A DNA stretch of 43,648 nt from an uncultured Phycisphaeraceae bacterium (GCA_964555075.1 CAZKRE010000003.1:1-43648), one strand, 5' to 3'; numbered from the stretch's first letter, positions 1-10,110 are shown. The notes: generated by a model not told the origin, from the letters alone. Program-made: numbers and translations.

Positions 1-175
1 GATGCGCGGAGGCACTTTCGTTAACGGCCGGCGGGTTTTCTGCGTGCCGCGGCGCCAGCCATCGAGCGCCCGCCGCGGCCACGACGCGCGGACGACGTTA
101 CGGAGGGGCTATGGTTGTGGCATGAGCTTCATCCCCGACAACAGGAACGCCAACGAAGACAAGGACTCTGAGGAA

Positions 176-240
176 GGCAGGAAGGCAGGAAGAGACGGCA
201 TTGATTTCTTTCCCGCGTTCCTGCTTTCCTTAGAGTTTCT
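176..240 (-). terminator. Possible rho-independent terminator downstream of the S9 peptidase gene. Imperfect inverted repeat ggaaggcaggaag...cttcctgctttcc in a locally lower-GC patch.
   Basis: Inverted repeat read directly in the sequence just 3' of the minus-strand CDS that ends at 279. The U-tract on the minus strand is weak. Confidence 0.25.
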
Positions 241-278
241 CCGTCCCTCCTGGCGCTCGCGGCGCCTTGGCGGTTCGC

Positions 279-2105
279 TCACTCCAGCTTCAGGTGCCGG
301 GTGAGGAACGCGCCCATGTGGGCGAAGGCGTCGAGGACGTTCGGCCGCTTCGAGAGCGCGTGGCCCTCGTCGTCGTAGACGCGCAGCAGCACGTCGCGCC
401 CGCGCCGCCGCACCGCGTCGACGACCTGCTCGGCCTCGTAGAGCGGGACGCGCGGGTCCTGCCGGCCGTGGCAGACCATCAGCGGCGCGCGGATGTGGTC
501 GATGTGGTTCAGCGGGGAGATGCGTTCGAGCAGGTCGCGGTCGTGTTCGAGTTCGCCGTACTCGGCCTCGCGTTCCTTGCGTCGCCAGGGGCCGGTGCGT
601 TCGAGGAAGGAGACGAAGTTGGCGATGCCGACCATCTCGACGCCGGCGGCCCAGAGGTCGGGGTGGAAGGCGAGGGAGGCGAGGGCCATGAAGCCGCCGT
701 AGCTGCGGCCGTAGACGGCGATGCGGGTGGGGTCGATGTCGGGGCGCTGGTGGAGCCACTTGACCGCGTATTCGACGTCTTCGACCGCGTCGAGCCGGCG
801 GTGCTTGTCGTCGAGGTGGGTGTAGGCCTTGCCGTAGCCGGTGCTGCCGCGGACGTTGAGGGCGAGCACGGCGATGCCGAGGGAGGCGAGGTACTGGATG
901 ACGGGGCCGCTGGGGGCGTAGTTGAGGCGGCGTTGCGCCTCGGGGCCGCCGTGGATCTCGACGATGGCCGGGAACGGCCCGCGGCCGGGGCCGTCGGGCT
1001 TGAAGAAGAAGCCGGGGATGTCGCGGCCGTCGAACGAGGGGTAGCGGATGGCTTGCGCGGGGAAGGTCTTCGGGGGTTCGATGCCGGCGCCCGCGTCCGC
1101 GACGACGCGGCTGCGGCCGTCGAGCCCGGCGAGCATGATGACCGACGGGTGCTCCACGGTCGAGATGCCGAAGGCGACGCGGGTCGAATCGGGCGACCAC
1201 GAGAAGCCGTCGATCACGCCGACGGGGGCCTCGAGGCGCACCCCCGGATGGCCCTGCCCGCCGCGGGAGGTTTCGATGATCCGGCCGGCGGAGGCGCCGC
1301 CCTCGTTGACCGCGAGGGCGATGAGCTTGCCGTCCGGCGAGACCTTGAAGAGTTCGACGTCCCAGGCCGCCTCGTAGACGACCCGCTCCGCGCCGGTCGC
1401 GAGGTCGCGGTGCAGGAGCGCCGCGAACTCCCGGTCGCGGTTGGTGAGGAGGTAGACGCCGGCGCCGTCGCGGTCGAAGGCGGCGCCCTGGATCCACTGC
1501 TCGCCGGTGTGCGGCGTGAGGTTCGCGACTTCACCGGTGCGGCTGACGAGGAGCAGGTCGCTGTCGAGGTTGCCGTTGACCCGCACGACGAGGAGGCGCT
1601 GGCCGTCCGGGGCGAGGTCGAGCGGCGTGACCTGCCCGCCGGCTTCGAGCCAGGTTTCCTGCTCGCCGCCTTCGAGCGGGATGCCGACGAGGTCGAACGT
1701 GGAGGCGTCGCGGGCGTTGGAGCGGAAGACGACGTAGTCGCCGGCCTTGGAGAGCGGCCCGGGCTCGTGGATCGACGTTGCCGCGTGGGTCAACCGCAGC
1801 GGCTCCGCGCTGAGGGAGGGGAAGACCCACACCTGCTGCCGCTCGTCGCCGTGCCGGTCCTTCCCGAACACGATCCGGCCCGAGGCCGCGGAGCCCTTGA
1901 GCGTCATCACGCGGTCCGCGTAGGCCGTGAGCGGGGTGGTCTCGCCGCTCGACAGGGAGACGATCGACACCTGCGGCGTCCCGCTGCGGTCGTCCTTGAA
2001 CGCGAGGGTGTCGGGGCCGATGAAGACCGGCTCGGTGAACGAGGAGCGGGAAAAGTACCGCTCGGCGCGCGGGATGAAAGCCTGGAAATCGAGTGGGCTG
2101 GGCAT
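279..2105 (-). CDS. S9 family serine peptidase (prolyl oligopeptidase / dipeptidyl aminopeptidase / acylaminoacyl-peptidase type). An N-terminal beta-propeller is followed by a C-terminal alpha/beta-hydrolase domain.
   Basis: The translation has the GRSYGG nucleophile-elbow motif, C-terminal catalytic Asp/His context (VCHGRQDPRVP...EGH), and repeated beta-propeller-like segments. Start was set at the internal ATG at 2105 (MPSPLDFQ), which has an upstream GGAGAG. The 142 Pro/Arg-rich residues upstream in the ORF overlap the SDR gene and are rejected. Confidence 0.85.
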   Translation of the reverse strand: MPSPLDFQAFIPRAERYFSRSSFTEPVFIGPDTLAFKDDRSGTPQVSIVSLSSGETTPLTAYADRVMTLKGSAASGRIVFGKDRHGDERQQVWVFPSLSAEPLRLTHAATSIHEPGPLSKAGDYVVFRSNARDASTFDLVGIPLEGGEQETWLEAGGQVTPLDLAPDGQRLLVVRVNGNLDSDLLLVSRTGEVANLTPHTGEQWIQGAAFDRDGAGVYLLTNRDREFAALLHRDLATGAERVVYEAAWDVELFKVSPDGKLIALAVNEGGASAGRIIETSRGGQGHPGVRLEAPVGVIDGFSWSPDSTRVAFGISTVEHPSVIMLAGLDGRSRVVADAGAGIEPPKTFPAQAIRYPSFDGRDIPGFFFKPDGPGRGPFPAIVEIHGGPEAQRRLNYAPSGPVIQYLASLGIAVLALNVRGSTGYGKAYTHLDDKHRRLDAVEDVEYAVKWLHQRPDIDPTRIAVYGRSYGGFMALASLAFHPDLWAAGVEMVGIANFVSFLERTGPWRRKEREAEYGELEHDRDLLERISPLNHIDHIRAPLMVCHGRQDPRVPLYEAEQVVDAVRRRGRDVLLRVYDDEGHALSKRPNVLDAFAHMGAFLTRHLKLE

Positions 2106-2256
2106 TGGGTCGTTCTCTCCCCGGCGCGGACACCGCCGCGCCGCAGGCGGGATGTTACCGGCAAGCCGCCGCCCGCCCCTCGCCCCGCCCCGCCGCTCCC
2201 CCGCGGCCGGTGGCCTACCATCCGGCTGCTGTCCGCGGATGCGACGGGAGCAAGGC

Positions 2257-3051
2257 ATGAGGATCGACCTGTCGGGCAAGACCGCGGTGGTCACCGGCGC
2301 CACCGGCGGCATCGGGCTGGCGATCGCCGCGGGCCTGGCGGACGCGGCCGCGCGGGTGGTCGTCACCGGCCGCACCCAGGCGCGCATCGACGCGGCCCTC
2401 GGGCAACTGCGCAAAGGCGGCGGGCGCGTCGACGTGCGCGGCGTGGCCTGCGACGTCGGCACGGCCGAGGGGTGCGCTGCCCTGATCGCCGCCGAGCCGG
2501 AGGCGGACATCCTCGTCAGCAACATCGGCATCTACGGCGCCCGCGAGTTCTTCGAGGTGGACGATGCGCTGTGGGAGGATTTCTTCCGCGTCAACGTGCT
2601 GGCGGGCGTGCGCCTGGCCCGCCACTACGCCCGCGGGATGCGCGACCGCGGCTGGGGCCGCATCCAGTTCATCTCCAGCGAGTCCGCCCTGAACATCCCG
2701 ACCGAGATGGTCCACTACGGCGTCAGCAAGGCGGCGCTGCAGGGGTTGTCACGCGGGCTGGCGAAGGTGCTCGCGGGCACTGGCGTGACGGTCAACACCA
2801 TCCTGCCCGGGCCGACACGCACCCAGGGGGCGGCGGAGATGATGGCGGCCCTCGCCGCGGAGCGCGGCGTGACCCCCGTGGAGATGGAAGCGCTGTTCCT
2901 CCGGGAGAACCGCCCCTCCACGCTGCTGCATCGCTTCGCCAGCCCCGAAGAGGTGGCGAACCTATGCGTCTACGCCGCGTCGCCCCAGGCCAGCGCCACC
3001 ACGGGGGCGGCTCTGCGCGTTGAAGGCGGCATCGTTGAGAGCATCGCCTGA
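2257..3051 (+). CDS. Short-chain dehydrogenase/reductase (SDR family, 3-oxoacyl-ACP reductase-like).
   Basis: N-terminal GKTAVVTGATGGIGLAIA Rossmann motif. The catalytic tetrad context S..Y...K is present (SSESALNIP...YGVSKAAL). ATG at 2257 is preceded by GGGAGCAAGG. Confidence 0.85.
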   Translation: MRIDLSGKTAVVTGATGGIGLAIAAGLADAAARVVVTGRTQARIDAALGQLRKGGGRVDVRGVACDVGTAEGCAALIAAEPEADILVSNIGIYGAREFFEVDDALWEDFFRVNVLAGVRLARHYARGMRDRGWGRIQFISSESALNIPTEMVHYGVSKAALQGLSRGLAKVLAGTGVTVNTILPGPTRTQGAAEMMAALAAERGVTPVEMEALFLRENRPSTLLHRFASPEEVANLCVYAASPQASATTGAALRVEGGIVESIA

Positions 3052-3226
3052 CGCCCGGTCCGCCCGCCTTGCCACGTCAAGGCAGGAGGCATAGCGTCAC
3101 CGGGGGTTCACCCCGTTCGAGTTGGGAATCGAAACTGTGGCCCGCACCAGCCGCGCCGTGAAACGCGGTGGGCGAGCCGCCGGCGGTCGGCATTCATGTC
3201 CGGGCACCTCCCGTCAGGAGAAGCAC

Positions 3227-4444
3227 GTGACCGCGAACGATCAGCCCGGTCAACCGCAGCAGACGTTCTCGTGGTTCATCTTCGGTCTGATGGCCAGCGT
3301 GACGTTCGTCGGCATCCTGTCGGAGCTGGTGCCGTCGGGTGTGCTGCCGCAGATGACCGAGGGGCTGGGGGTGTCCGAGTCGCAGGTGGGGTTCCTGGTG
3401 GGGGTGTACGCGCTGGCGTCGGCGATCTGCGCGATCCCGCTGGTGAGCGCGACGCTGGCGGTGAACCGCAAGACGCTCCTGATGGTGCTGCTGATCGGGT
3501 TCGCGGCGTCGAACATGGTGGTGGCGGTGTCGTCGTCGTACTGGGTGATCGTCGTGTTCCGCATCGTCGGCGGCGTGTGCGCGGGGGTGATGTGGCCGAT
3601 GATCGCGGCCTACGGCGCCCGCCTCGTGCCCGAGCACCTGCACGGCAAGGCGGTGACGGTCATCATGGCGGGCAACACGCTGGGCATCAGCATCGGCCTG
3701 CCGGCGATGACGATGATCGGCGTCACGTTCGGCTGGCGGACGGAGTTCATGGTCCTGGGGCTGATCGTCGTCGCCATCGCCGTGCTCTCCCACCTCTACC
3801 TGCCGTCGGTGGAAGGGGAAAGGCTCACGAAGAGCAACTCGCCCCTCGCGGCGCTGAGGAACCCGGCGCTCCTGATCCTGCTGCTGCTGACGTTCCTGTC
3901 GGTCGCGGCCCACTACGGCATCTACACCTACATCGCGCTGCTGGTGGAGCTGCTCGACTTCGCGGGGGGCATCGGCGTGGCGATGCTGATCTTCGGGATC
4001 GGGTCGGTGCTGTCGGTGGTGGTGTCCGCGAAGTACATCGACGCCTACCTGCGGCCGCTGATCGTCTCCATGCTCGCGCTCGGCGGGCTGTCGATGGCGA
4101 TGCTGCTGGCTTTCCGCGGCGCGACGGGCGTCTCGCACCTGGCGTTCTTCCTCTGGGGCCTGGCGTTCGGGCCGCTCGTGACGATGTACCAGACCGCCGT
4201 CATCAAGCGCGCGGGCGAAACCAAGGACGTGTCCACCTCGGTGCAATCCAGCGTCTTCAACCTCTCGATCATGATCGCCACCTGGCTCGGCGGGCTGATG
4301 CTGACCTACTTCCCGAACAGCGGCGTCAAGGGCATCGTCTACATGTCGCTCGTCTGCTTCATCCTCGCCACGGTCATCGCGTTCCTGTCCCGGCACACGC
4401 TGCGGTCGCTGGATCCGCCACCGATCACCACCGCCGCGGCGTAG
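3227..4444 (+). CDS. MFS transporter (12-TM drug/sugar efflux type).
   Basis: The translation is hydrophobic throughout, with about 12 predicted TM helices and a pseudo-twofold repeat. A GTG start at 3227 lies 6 nt after AGGAG, and the ORF-table N-terminus before it is non-coding leader. Confidence 0.8.
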   Translation: MTANDQPGQPQQTFSWFIFGLMASVTFVGILSELVPSGVLPQMTEGLGVSESQVGFLVGVYALASAICAIPLVSATLAVNRKTLLMVLLIGFAASNMVVAVSSSYWVIVVFRIVGGVCAGVMWPMIAAYGARLVPEHLHGKAVTVIMAGNTLGISIGLPAMTMIGVTFGWRTEFMVLGLIVVAIAVLSHLYLPSVEGERLTKSNSPLAALRNPALLILLLLTFLSVAAHYGIYTYIALLVELLDFAGGIGVAMLIFGIGSVLSVVVSAKYIDAYLRPLIVSMLALGGLSMAMLLAFRGATGVSHLAFFLWGLAFGPLVTMYQTAVIKRAGETKDVSTSVQSSVFNLSIMIATWLGGLMLTYFPNSGVKGIVYMSLVCFILATVIAFLSRHTLRSLDPPPITTAAA

Positions 4445-4480
4445 AAGATCGGGGCCGCGACGGGCGGGCTCCGGCGACCT

Positions 4481-5530
4481 TCAAGGCACCAGCACCAGCT
4501 TGCCCACGTGCTCGCCGCGCTCCATCTCTTCGTGAGCCCGACGAACGTCCGCGAGCGGGTATGTCGCCCCGACGTGCTGCCGGAACGCGCCCTCGGCGAA
4601 GCCCATCAGCACCGCCTCGCACCCCCGCCGCCACGGCTCGTCCCCGTCCCGGCCTTCCGCCACGATGTAGGACGTCAGCGCCCAGCCACGGATCGCCGCG
4701 TCCTTGCGGATCAGCGGCGTCACGTCGACGGCGCCCGGATCGCCCAGCAGCCCGTAGACCCACACGGTCCCGCCGTGCGCGAGGCACTTGATCTCGGTGT
4801 CGAGGTATGCGCCGGAGGCGACGGGGTCGAAGAAGACGTCCACCCCGCCGCGCGGGTTGTCCTTGGTGACCGCCCGCATGTCCCGGTGCCAGGGGCGCAT
4901 CGAGCGGTCGGGGTTGTGGGTCACGATCAGGTGGTCGAACGCGGCGGTCGGGAGGTTGCGGAGGGCATCCGCCTTCTTCTGGCTGGTGGTGAGGCCGACG
5001 GTCACCGCTCCGAGGCGCTTGGCGACCTGGGCAGTGGCGAGGCCGAGGCCGCTCGAGGCCGCGGGAATGGCGACGTAGCGGCCCGGCTGGAGGTTCTCCC
5101 GCCACGAGAGGCAGCCCCAGGCCGTGAGGTAAGACAACCAGAGTGCCCCGAGCTGCTCGTCCGGGATCGCGTCGGGTGCGGGCAGGGCGTGCTCGCCCGG
5201 GACGACGTAGTGCGTGCGATACGTGCCGCCCATGTCGCTCGCCGCCCTCCGCGGCGCCGCCGGACTCAGCGACACCCGCTGCCCCACTCGCGTCGGGTCG
5301 ACGCCCTCGCCCACCGCGTCGATCACGCCACCCCCCTCGAGCCCGGGGACAAAAGGCGGATCGCCCGTCGACAGCCGGTAGCCCCCCCGCCGCCCCAGCA
5401 GTTCCGCGTGATTCATCCCGATGCTGGTCAGCCGAACCCGCACGTGCCCCGGCCCCGGCTCCGGCGTCGGCGTCTCCACGACCTCGAGCACCTCGGGCCC
5501 GCCAAACTCGCGAACGACCACCTGCTTCAT
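4481..5530 (-). CDS. Zinc-binding/MDR-superfamily NAD(P)H quinone oxidoreductase (alcohol dehydrogenase GroES-like fold plus Rossmann domain).
   Basis: MKQVVVREFGGPEVLEVVETPTPEPGPGHVRVRL N-terminus typical of quinone oxidoreductases/MDR. AASSGLGLATAQVAKRLGA nucleotide-binding motif. ATG at 5530 with upstream AGGAG. Confidence 0.8.
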   Translation of the reverse strand: MKQVVVREFGGPEVLEVVETPTPEPGPGHVRVRLTSIGMNHAELLGRRGGYRLSTGDPPFVPGLEGGGVIDAVGEGVDPTRVGQRVSLSPAAPRRAASDMGGTYRTHYVVPGEHALPAPDAIPDEQLGALWLSYLTAWGCLSWRENLQPGRYVAIPAASSGLGLATAQVAKRLGAVTVGLTTSQKKADALRNLPTAAFDHLIVTHNPDRSMRPWHRDMRAVTKDNPRGGVDVFFDPVASGAYLDTEIKCLAHGGTVWVYGLLGDPGAVDVTPLIRKDAAIRGWALTSYIVAEGRDGDEPWRRGCEAVLMGFAEGAFRQHVGATYPLADVRRAHEEMERGEHVGKLVLVP

Positions 5531-5637
5531 GATGCGCTCCTGCTCGCCGCTACCCGCGGGGGCTACACCATAGAGGGGCGGAGCCGCCGAAGCATGTGCG
5601 CGAACAGCGGCGCACGGGCGGCTGCGCAAGCGTGCCG

Positions 5638-6171
5638 CTACTGCCGCCGGCCACACCCGTCGCAGTAGCGCGCCTGCGGGTCGTTGTTCCGGCCGCAGCC
5701 CGGGCAGGTCCGGGCGGCCGGCATGGCGGCGCCGCATTGGTCGCAGAAGTTCGCGTCCGAGTTGTTGCCCCGCCCGCAACTGGGGCAGTTCCGCGTCTCG
5801 TCCCGCGTCCCCGGGTGAGACCGCATCCCCTCCGACACCGCCCCCGCCATCGCCCGCAGGCTCGGCCGCGTGTCCTCCGCAAAACGATTGAACGCCTGCC
5901 CCGCGACGGGCGTGATCTCTCCCGCGTGGTACCGCGCCAGCGCGCCCATGTAGCCGTACATCGACATCACGCCCCCCACGAACATCAGCGGCATGCCCAC
6001 GAACGGAAGCGCCGCGCGCAGCGGCTCACCGAACGGATCGCCCGCGATCACGGTGTAGAACCCGATCGCCGTCAGCACCACGCCCAGCGCCAGCAGCACG
6101 GGGCCGACCCATCGCAGAACCACGCGCGCCTTCGCGTGTCGCTCATCCGGGAACCGTGGTTGCTGGTCCAT
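5638..6171 (-). CDS. Small membrane protein with two N-terminal TM helices and a C-terminal double zinc-ribbon (DZR). The four CxxCG pairs are CPSCG...CDQCG...CPGCG...CDGCG.
   Basis: Two hydrophobic helices are followed by four CxxC pairs spaced as two tandem zinc ribbons. An upstream GGGAGG lies about 10 nt from the ATG at 6171. Confidence 0.6.
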   Translation of the reverse strand: MDQQPRFPDERHAKARVVLRWVGPVLLALGVVLTAIGFYTVIAGDPFGEPLRAALPFVGMPLMFVGGVMSMYGYMGALARYHAGEITPVAGQAFNRFAEDTRPSLRAMAGAVSEGMRSHPGTRDETRNCPSCGRGNNSDANFCDQCGAAMPAARTCPGCGRNNDPQARYCDGCGRRQ

Positions 6172-6411
6172 CTCATGATCCTACCTCCCTACCCCTTCGC
6201 ATCCATGCGACCGCCCGCCCGCAAGCGTCCCGAGCCCGTGGCGTCGGGACGTGTGGCAGCTGCCGATCCGGGAGGCGTCCGTGGGAGCATCGGCGCCGCC
6301 GTTGGCGCGCCATGGTCGCGGGGCCGTCGTGCGATCGCCGCACGAACAGCCCGAGACAGCCCCGACGGCGTCAGGCCTGACACCCCGGCCTTGGGACGAG
6401 CGGCTGGCTAC

Positions 6412-8340
6412 TCAGCCCTCTCCCGTCGCCACCGCGAGGGGCAGCGGCATGCCAGCGGTCTGGTCGAGCTGGAACGGGGCGGGGAACGACTTCTCCATCA
6501 GCGACGCCGTTCGCGGGTCGTTCTTCAGCATGGTGACGAGCGAGGGGATGCCCACCCGCAGGTGGAACTGGCCCATCGTCTCCCCAGCCTCGCGGCTGGC
6601 CTTGTAGTGGTCAAACAGCGTCGCACACAGCGTCGCGACGTTCTCCCGCTTCACCTGCCGCAGGTACCACTGCCCGTCCGCGGTGACCCAGAAGCCCTGG
6701 GTGCTGGCGTCCTCGCTGCCACCGAGCTTGAGCGAGTAGAGGTTCGGCCCCTGGCCAATGAAGCCGAGGGTTTTGGTGGCGGGGCGGAAGCACTGGCGCT
6801 CGCAGCCGGTGATGCCGATCGACTCGTGCATGTCCCCGTAGCCCATCTCGTCGAGTTCATCGATGAGCTCGGGCTCGAACTGCTCGGAGTCGGTGTAGCT
6901 CAGCCGGCAGGTCGGCAGGCCGACGCAGGCTCCGCTGAGGACGCGGAGCGTCGAGTAGGGCTTGCCCTTGCGGGTGCCGTGGCCGAAGTCGCGGAGGCGC
7001 CCCTCGAAGTCCTGCTTCGCGGCGGGATCGATGTTGACGAAGAGCAGGTCCTGATTGGGCGTGATGAGCAGCTCGAGGCCCTCGAACTCGTCCATGACGG
7101 TGCGGACCATGCTCTTGAGCCGCCCGTTGCCCGTGACGTTCCCCGACAGGTGCTCCTTGTCCTCGCCTTCGACGGAGTCGACCAGGCGCCCGCACTCGAT
7201 GTACGCGCCGTAGGCGAGCTTGCTGGTCTTGGGGAGGGTGATCCAGCCGTGGTGGAGCTGGCGGGGGCCGGGGTTGAACTCGGGGTTGGGCAGCTCGAAC
7301 TCCGAGCCCAGTTCGCGGACGCGGTCGCGGTACCAGTCGGTCCCCTGGGCCTGGACGACGTACTTGAGCCGCGCCCAGTGGCGGTTCTTCCGGTCGCCCC
7401 ACTCCTCGTGGACCTTCACGACGTCGCGCATGCCCTTGAAGAGGTTCTCGGGGGTGAAGATCGCCAGCGGCGCGCCCAGCGCGGTGAAGCTGGCCTTGCC
7501 GTTCTTCTCGCCCTGGCTGCCGCCGATGTAGACCTGGTAGGCATCGACCCGGCCGGTCCGCTCGTTGACGATCGGCGCGACGCCCATGTCGTTCGTGCGC
7601 AGCTCGACGCAGTTGTCGTACTCGAATGCGCCGGTGACGGGATCGCGGTGGACCTGGGAGAAGCCGATCTTGAACTTGCGGTTGAGCAGCCTCGGGCCGT
7701 AGTCGTAGCTGGCGTCGGGGCGGGTGATCTCGTCGGGGACGTGGGTGGGGTCGATGGCGAAGATCTGGATGTGGGGCGCGGCGGGGAGGCGGAAGTAGTT
7801 CGCCGTCGCATGGGCGGTGACGTTGCCGTCGAAGACGTCGCTGTACCGGCCGAGGGGGCAGGCCATGACGTTGCGGACGTTGTCCCCGCAGCCGTTCATC
7901 GTGTAGTAACCGGTGCGCGCGATGTCCTGGACGAGCTGGATGAGGTGGGGCTTGGTGACCCAGTGGAACTGGATGTTCTGCCGGGTGGTGACGCGGATGG
8001 ACGGGCTGCCGTGGGGGTTGGCGGCGGCGTGACGGGTGGCGGCCTCATCGAGGACCCGCCACTGGGCCGCGTTGAACGCACCGCCGCCGGGCACGGTGAT
8101 GCGGACCATGAACATCCAGTCCTTTTCCTTGCCGGTCTTGGCGCGGTTGTACTCGAGGTAGATGCCGTGGCTCTTGGCGATCTGCTCCGTTTCGTCCTGG
8201 ACGTCGCCGGTGGAGAAGTCGCGGAACTCGGTGGCAAGCTGGCCGCGCATGCCCTGGGAGCCGAGCTTGTAGTGCTCGGTCTTGGAAAGCTGGTCTTCGG
8301 GTGTGCGCAACAACGGCTCGGGACTATCGTTACGGGCCAT
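6412..8340 (-). CDS. Ferredoxin-dependent assimilatory sulfite/nitrite reductase (NirA/SirA family, siroheme-[4Fe-4S] hemoprotein).
   Basis: Nitrite/sulfite reductase ferredoxin-like half-domain repeats. Cluster ligands C-x5-C (GACVGLPTC) and C-x3-C (GCERQC). Start was chosen at ATG 8340 (MARNDSPEPLL). An alternative upstream start at 8400 would add 20 aa. Confidence 0.8.
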   Translation of the reverse strand: MARNDSPEPLLRTPEDQLSKTEHYKLGSQGMRGQLATEFRDFSTGDVQDETEQIAKSHGIYLEYNRAKTGKEKDWMFMVRITVPGGGAFNAAQWRVLDEAATRHAAANPHGSPSIRVTTRQNIQFHWVTKPHLIQLVQDIARTGYYTMNGCGDNVRNVMACPLGRYSDVFDGNVTAHATANYFRLPAAPHIQIFAIDPTHVPDEITRPDASYDYGPRLLNRKFKIGFSQVHRDPVTGAFEYDNCVELRTNDMGVAPIVNERTGRVDAYQVYIGGSQGEKNGKASFTALGAPLAIFTPENLFKGMRDVVKVHEEWGDRKNRHWARLKYVVQAQGTDWYRDRVRELGSEFELPNPEFNPGPRQLHHGWITLPKTSKLAYGAYIECGRLVDSVEGEDKEHLSGNVTGNGRLKSMVRTVMDEFEGLELLITPNQDLLFVNIDPAAKQDFEGRLRDFGHGTRKGKPYSTLRVLSGACVGLPTCRLSYTDSEQFEPELIDELDEMGYGDMHESIGITGCERQCFRPATKTLGFIGQGPNLYSLKLGGSEDASTQGFWVTADGQWYLRQVKRENVATLCATLFDHYKASREAGETMGQFHLRVGIPSLVTMLKNDPRTASLMEKSFPAPFQLDQTAGMPLPLAVATGEG

Positions 8341-8685
8341 GGGAGGGGAGGCTCCGTCCGCGCGAACCGGGCCAGCCGCCGCCGCCGTCGCCCAGCGCAT
8401 GCCGGGATTCAGGAGGGGATTGCCGGGAAATCCGGGGAAGGCCGCTCATGCGGACAGCACTATCGTAGTTTCCGCAATCCCGGATTGCCAAACGCGACGC
8501 AGCACTTACCGACAGGCCCCCCGGAGGAACCGGAGCGGGGGCGAGACTCCATGCGGGCGGCGCCCGTTTCGGTGACCCGCCCCGGGCCGCGGGTTACACT
8601 GGTGGCGTGTTTCTGCCGAAAGAGGGCAGGAGGCCCCGCGCCCGACGGCGCGGGGGGATCGGGTTATTGGACCTGGGAGCGCCGC

Positions 8686-10083
8686 ATGCGCATCACGATG
8701 GTTGGCACGGGCTATGTCGGTCTGGTCACGGGCACCTGCTTCGCCACCACGGGGAACGACGTGACCTGCCTCGACGTCGACCCCGCGAAGATCGAGAAGC
8801 TCAAGCAGGGCATCTCGCCCATCTATGAGCCCGGGCTCGACGACCTGATCCGCCGCAACACCAAGGCGGGCCGCCTGAGCTTCACGACCGACAAGCAGGC
8901 GGCGTACCGCCACGCGGAGCTGATCTTCATCTGCGTCGGGACGCCCAGTGATGAGCGGGGCCGGGCCGACCTCAAGTACATCCTCGCCGCCGCGCGCGAC
9001 ATCGGCGACGCGATCGAGGGCGCCCCGGGCGAGACCGGCGGCGACGCCGACGAACGCCGCAAGAAGATCGTCATCGTCAAGTCGACCGTCCCGGTCGGCA
9101 CCAACGCGAAGGTGCAGGCGGAGATCGCAAGCCGCACCAGGAAGTCGTTCGCCATGGCGTCGAATCCCGAGTTCCTCAAGGAGGGCGCGGCGATCAACGA
9201 CTTCATGAAGCCCGACCGGGTCGTCATCGGCGCCGCCGACAAGGGCACCGCGGATCGCATGCGCGACCTCTACGACCCCTTCGTCCGTCAGGGCAACCCC
9301 ATCTTCATGATGGACATCCCCTCGGCCGAGATGGTCAAGTACGCCGCCAACGCGATGCTCGCCACGAAGATTTCGTTCATCAACGAGATCGCCAATCTCT
9401 GCGAGGCCTACGGCGCCGACATCGACGAGGTCCGCCGCGGCATGTGCTCCGACAAGCGCATCGGCAACCAGTTCCTCTACCCCGGCCTCGGCTACGGCGG
9501 GTCGTGCTTCCCCAAGGACGTGCTCGCGTGCATCAGCATGGGCGAGGAGAGCGACACCCCCGTCGCGCTCCTCGACGCCGTCCACCAGGTCAACCAGAGG
9601 CAACGCGAATCCTTCTTCAAGAAGATCAGCCGCTTCTACACCCAAGGCTCCGCCAACGGGCAAGGCTTCAAGGGCAGGAAGTTCGCCGTCTGGGGCATCG
9701 CCTTCAAGCCCGGCACCGATGACATTCGCGAGGCCCCGTCCATCACGCTCATGAAGCACCTGATCGGAGAGGGCGCCACCGTCTCCGCGCACGACCCGGT
9801 TGCCCACGAAACCTGCAGGCAGGTCATGGGAGACACGATCGGCTACGAGGACAGCGCGTACGACTGCCTCAAGGGCGCCGACGCCCTGATCGTCTGCACC
9901 GATTGGGACGACTTCAAGAATCCCGACTTCGAGGCGGTGAAGCGGCTCATGAAGGAGCCGGTCATCTTCGACGGCCGCAACCTCTACCGCCCCGAGCAGA
10001 TGCGCGAGGCCGGCTTCGTCTACCACAGCGTGGGACGCGAGCCGGTGATCCCCGAACCCGCCCCGGCGACCGCCACGGCGTGA
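8686..10083 (+). CDS. ugd: UDP-glucose 6-dehydrogenase.
   Basis: MRITMVGTGYVGLVTG N-terminal Rossmann motif. Catalytic cysteine motif GGSCFPKD. Central dimerisation and C-terminal UDP-binding domains. ATG at 8686 is 6 nt after GGGAG. The 5596..10083 ORF upstream of this point is read-through of non-coding sequence. Confidence 0.9.
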   Translation: MRITMVGTGYVGLVTGTCFATTGNDVTCLDVDPAKIEKLKQGISPIYEPGLDDLIRRNTKAGRLSFTTDKQAAYRHAELIFICVGTPSDERGRADLKYILAAARDIGDAIEGAPGETGGDADERRKKIVIVKSTVPVGTNAKVQAEIASRTRKSFAMASNPEFLKEGAAINDFMKPDRVVIGAADKGTADRMRDLYDPFVRQGNPIFMMDIPSAEMVKYAANAMLATKISFINEIANLCEAYGADIDEVRRGMCSDKRIGNQFLYPGLGYGGSCFPKDVLACISMGEESDTPVALLDAVHQVNQRQRESFFKKISRFYTQGSANGQGFKGRKFAVWGIAFKPGTDDIREAPSITLMKHLIGEGATVSAHDPVAHETCRQVMGDTIGYEDSAYDCLKGADALIVCTDWDDFKNPDFEAVKRLMKEPVIFDGRNLYRPEQMREAGFVYHSVGREPVIPEPAPATATA

Positions 10084-10110
10084 GACGCCGCTGACCCCGC
10101 AACACCCCCG

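Noticed and set aside
2106-2531. 142-aa N-terminal extension of the S9 peptidase ORF, overlapping the SDR gene.
   Set aside because: Pro/Arg/Ala-rich junk with no propeller sequence. The internal ATG at 2105 has a GGAGAG ribosome-binding site and yields a normal-length enzyme.
3067-3084. Short hairpin gccttg-ccacgt-caaggc after the SDR gene, considered as a terminator.
   Set aside because: The stem is only 6 bp and there is no U-tract. It is immediately followed by the MFS gene leader, so it is not convincing.
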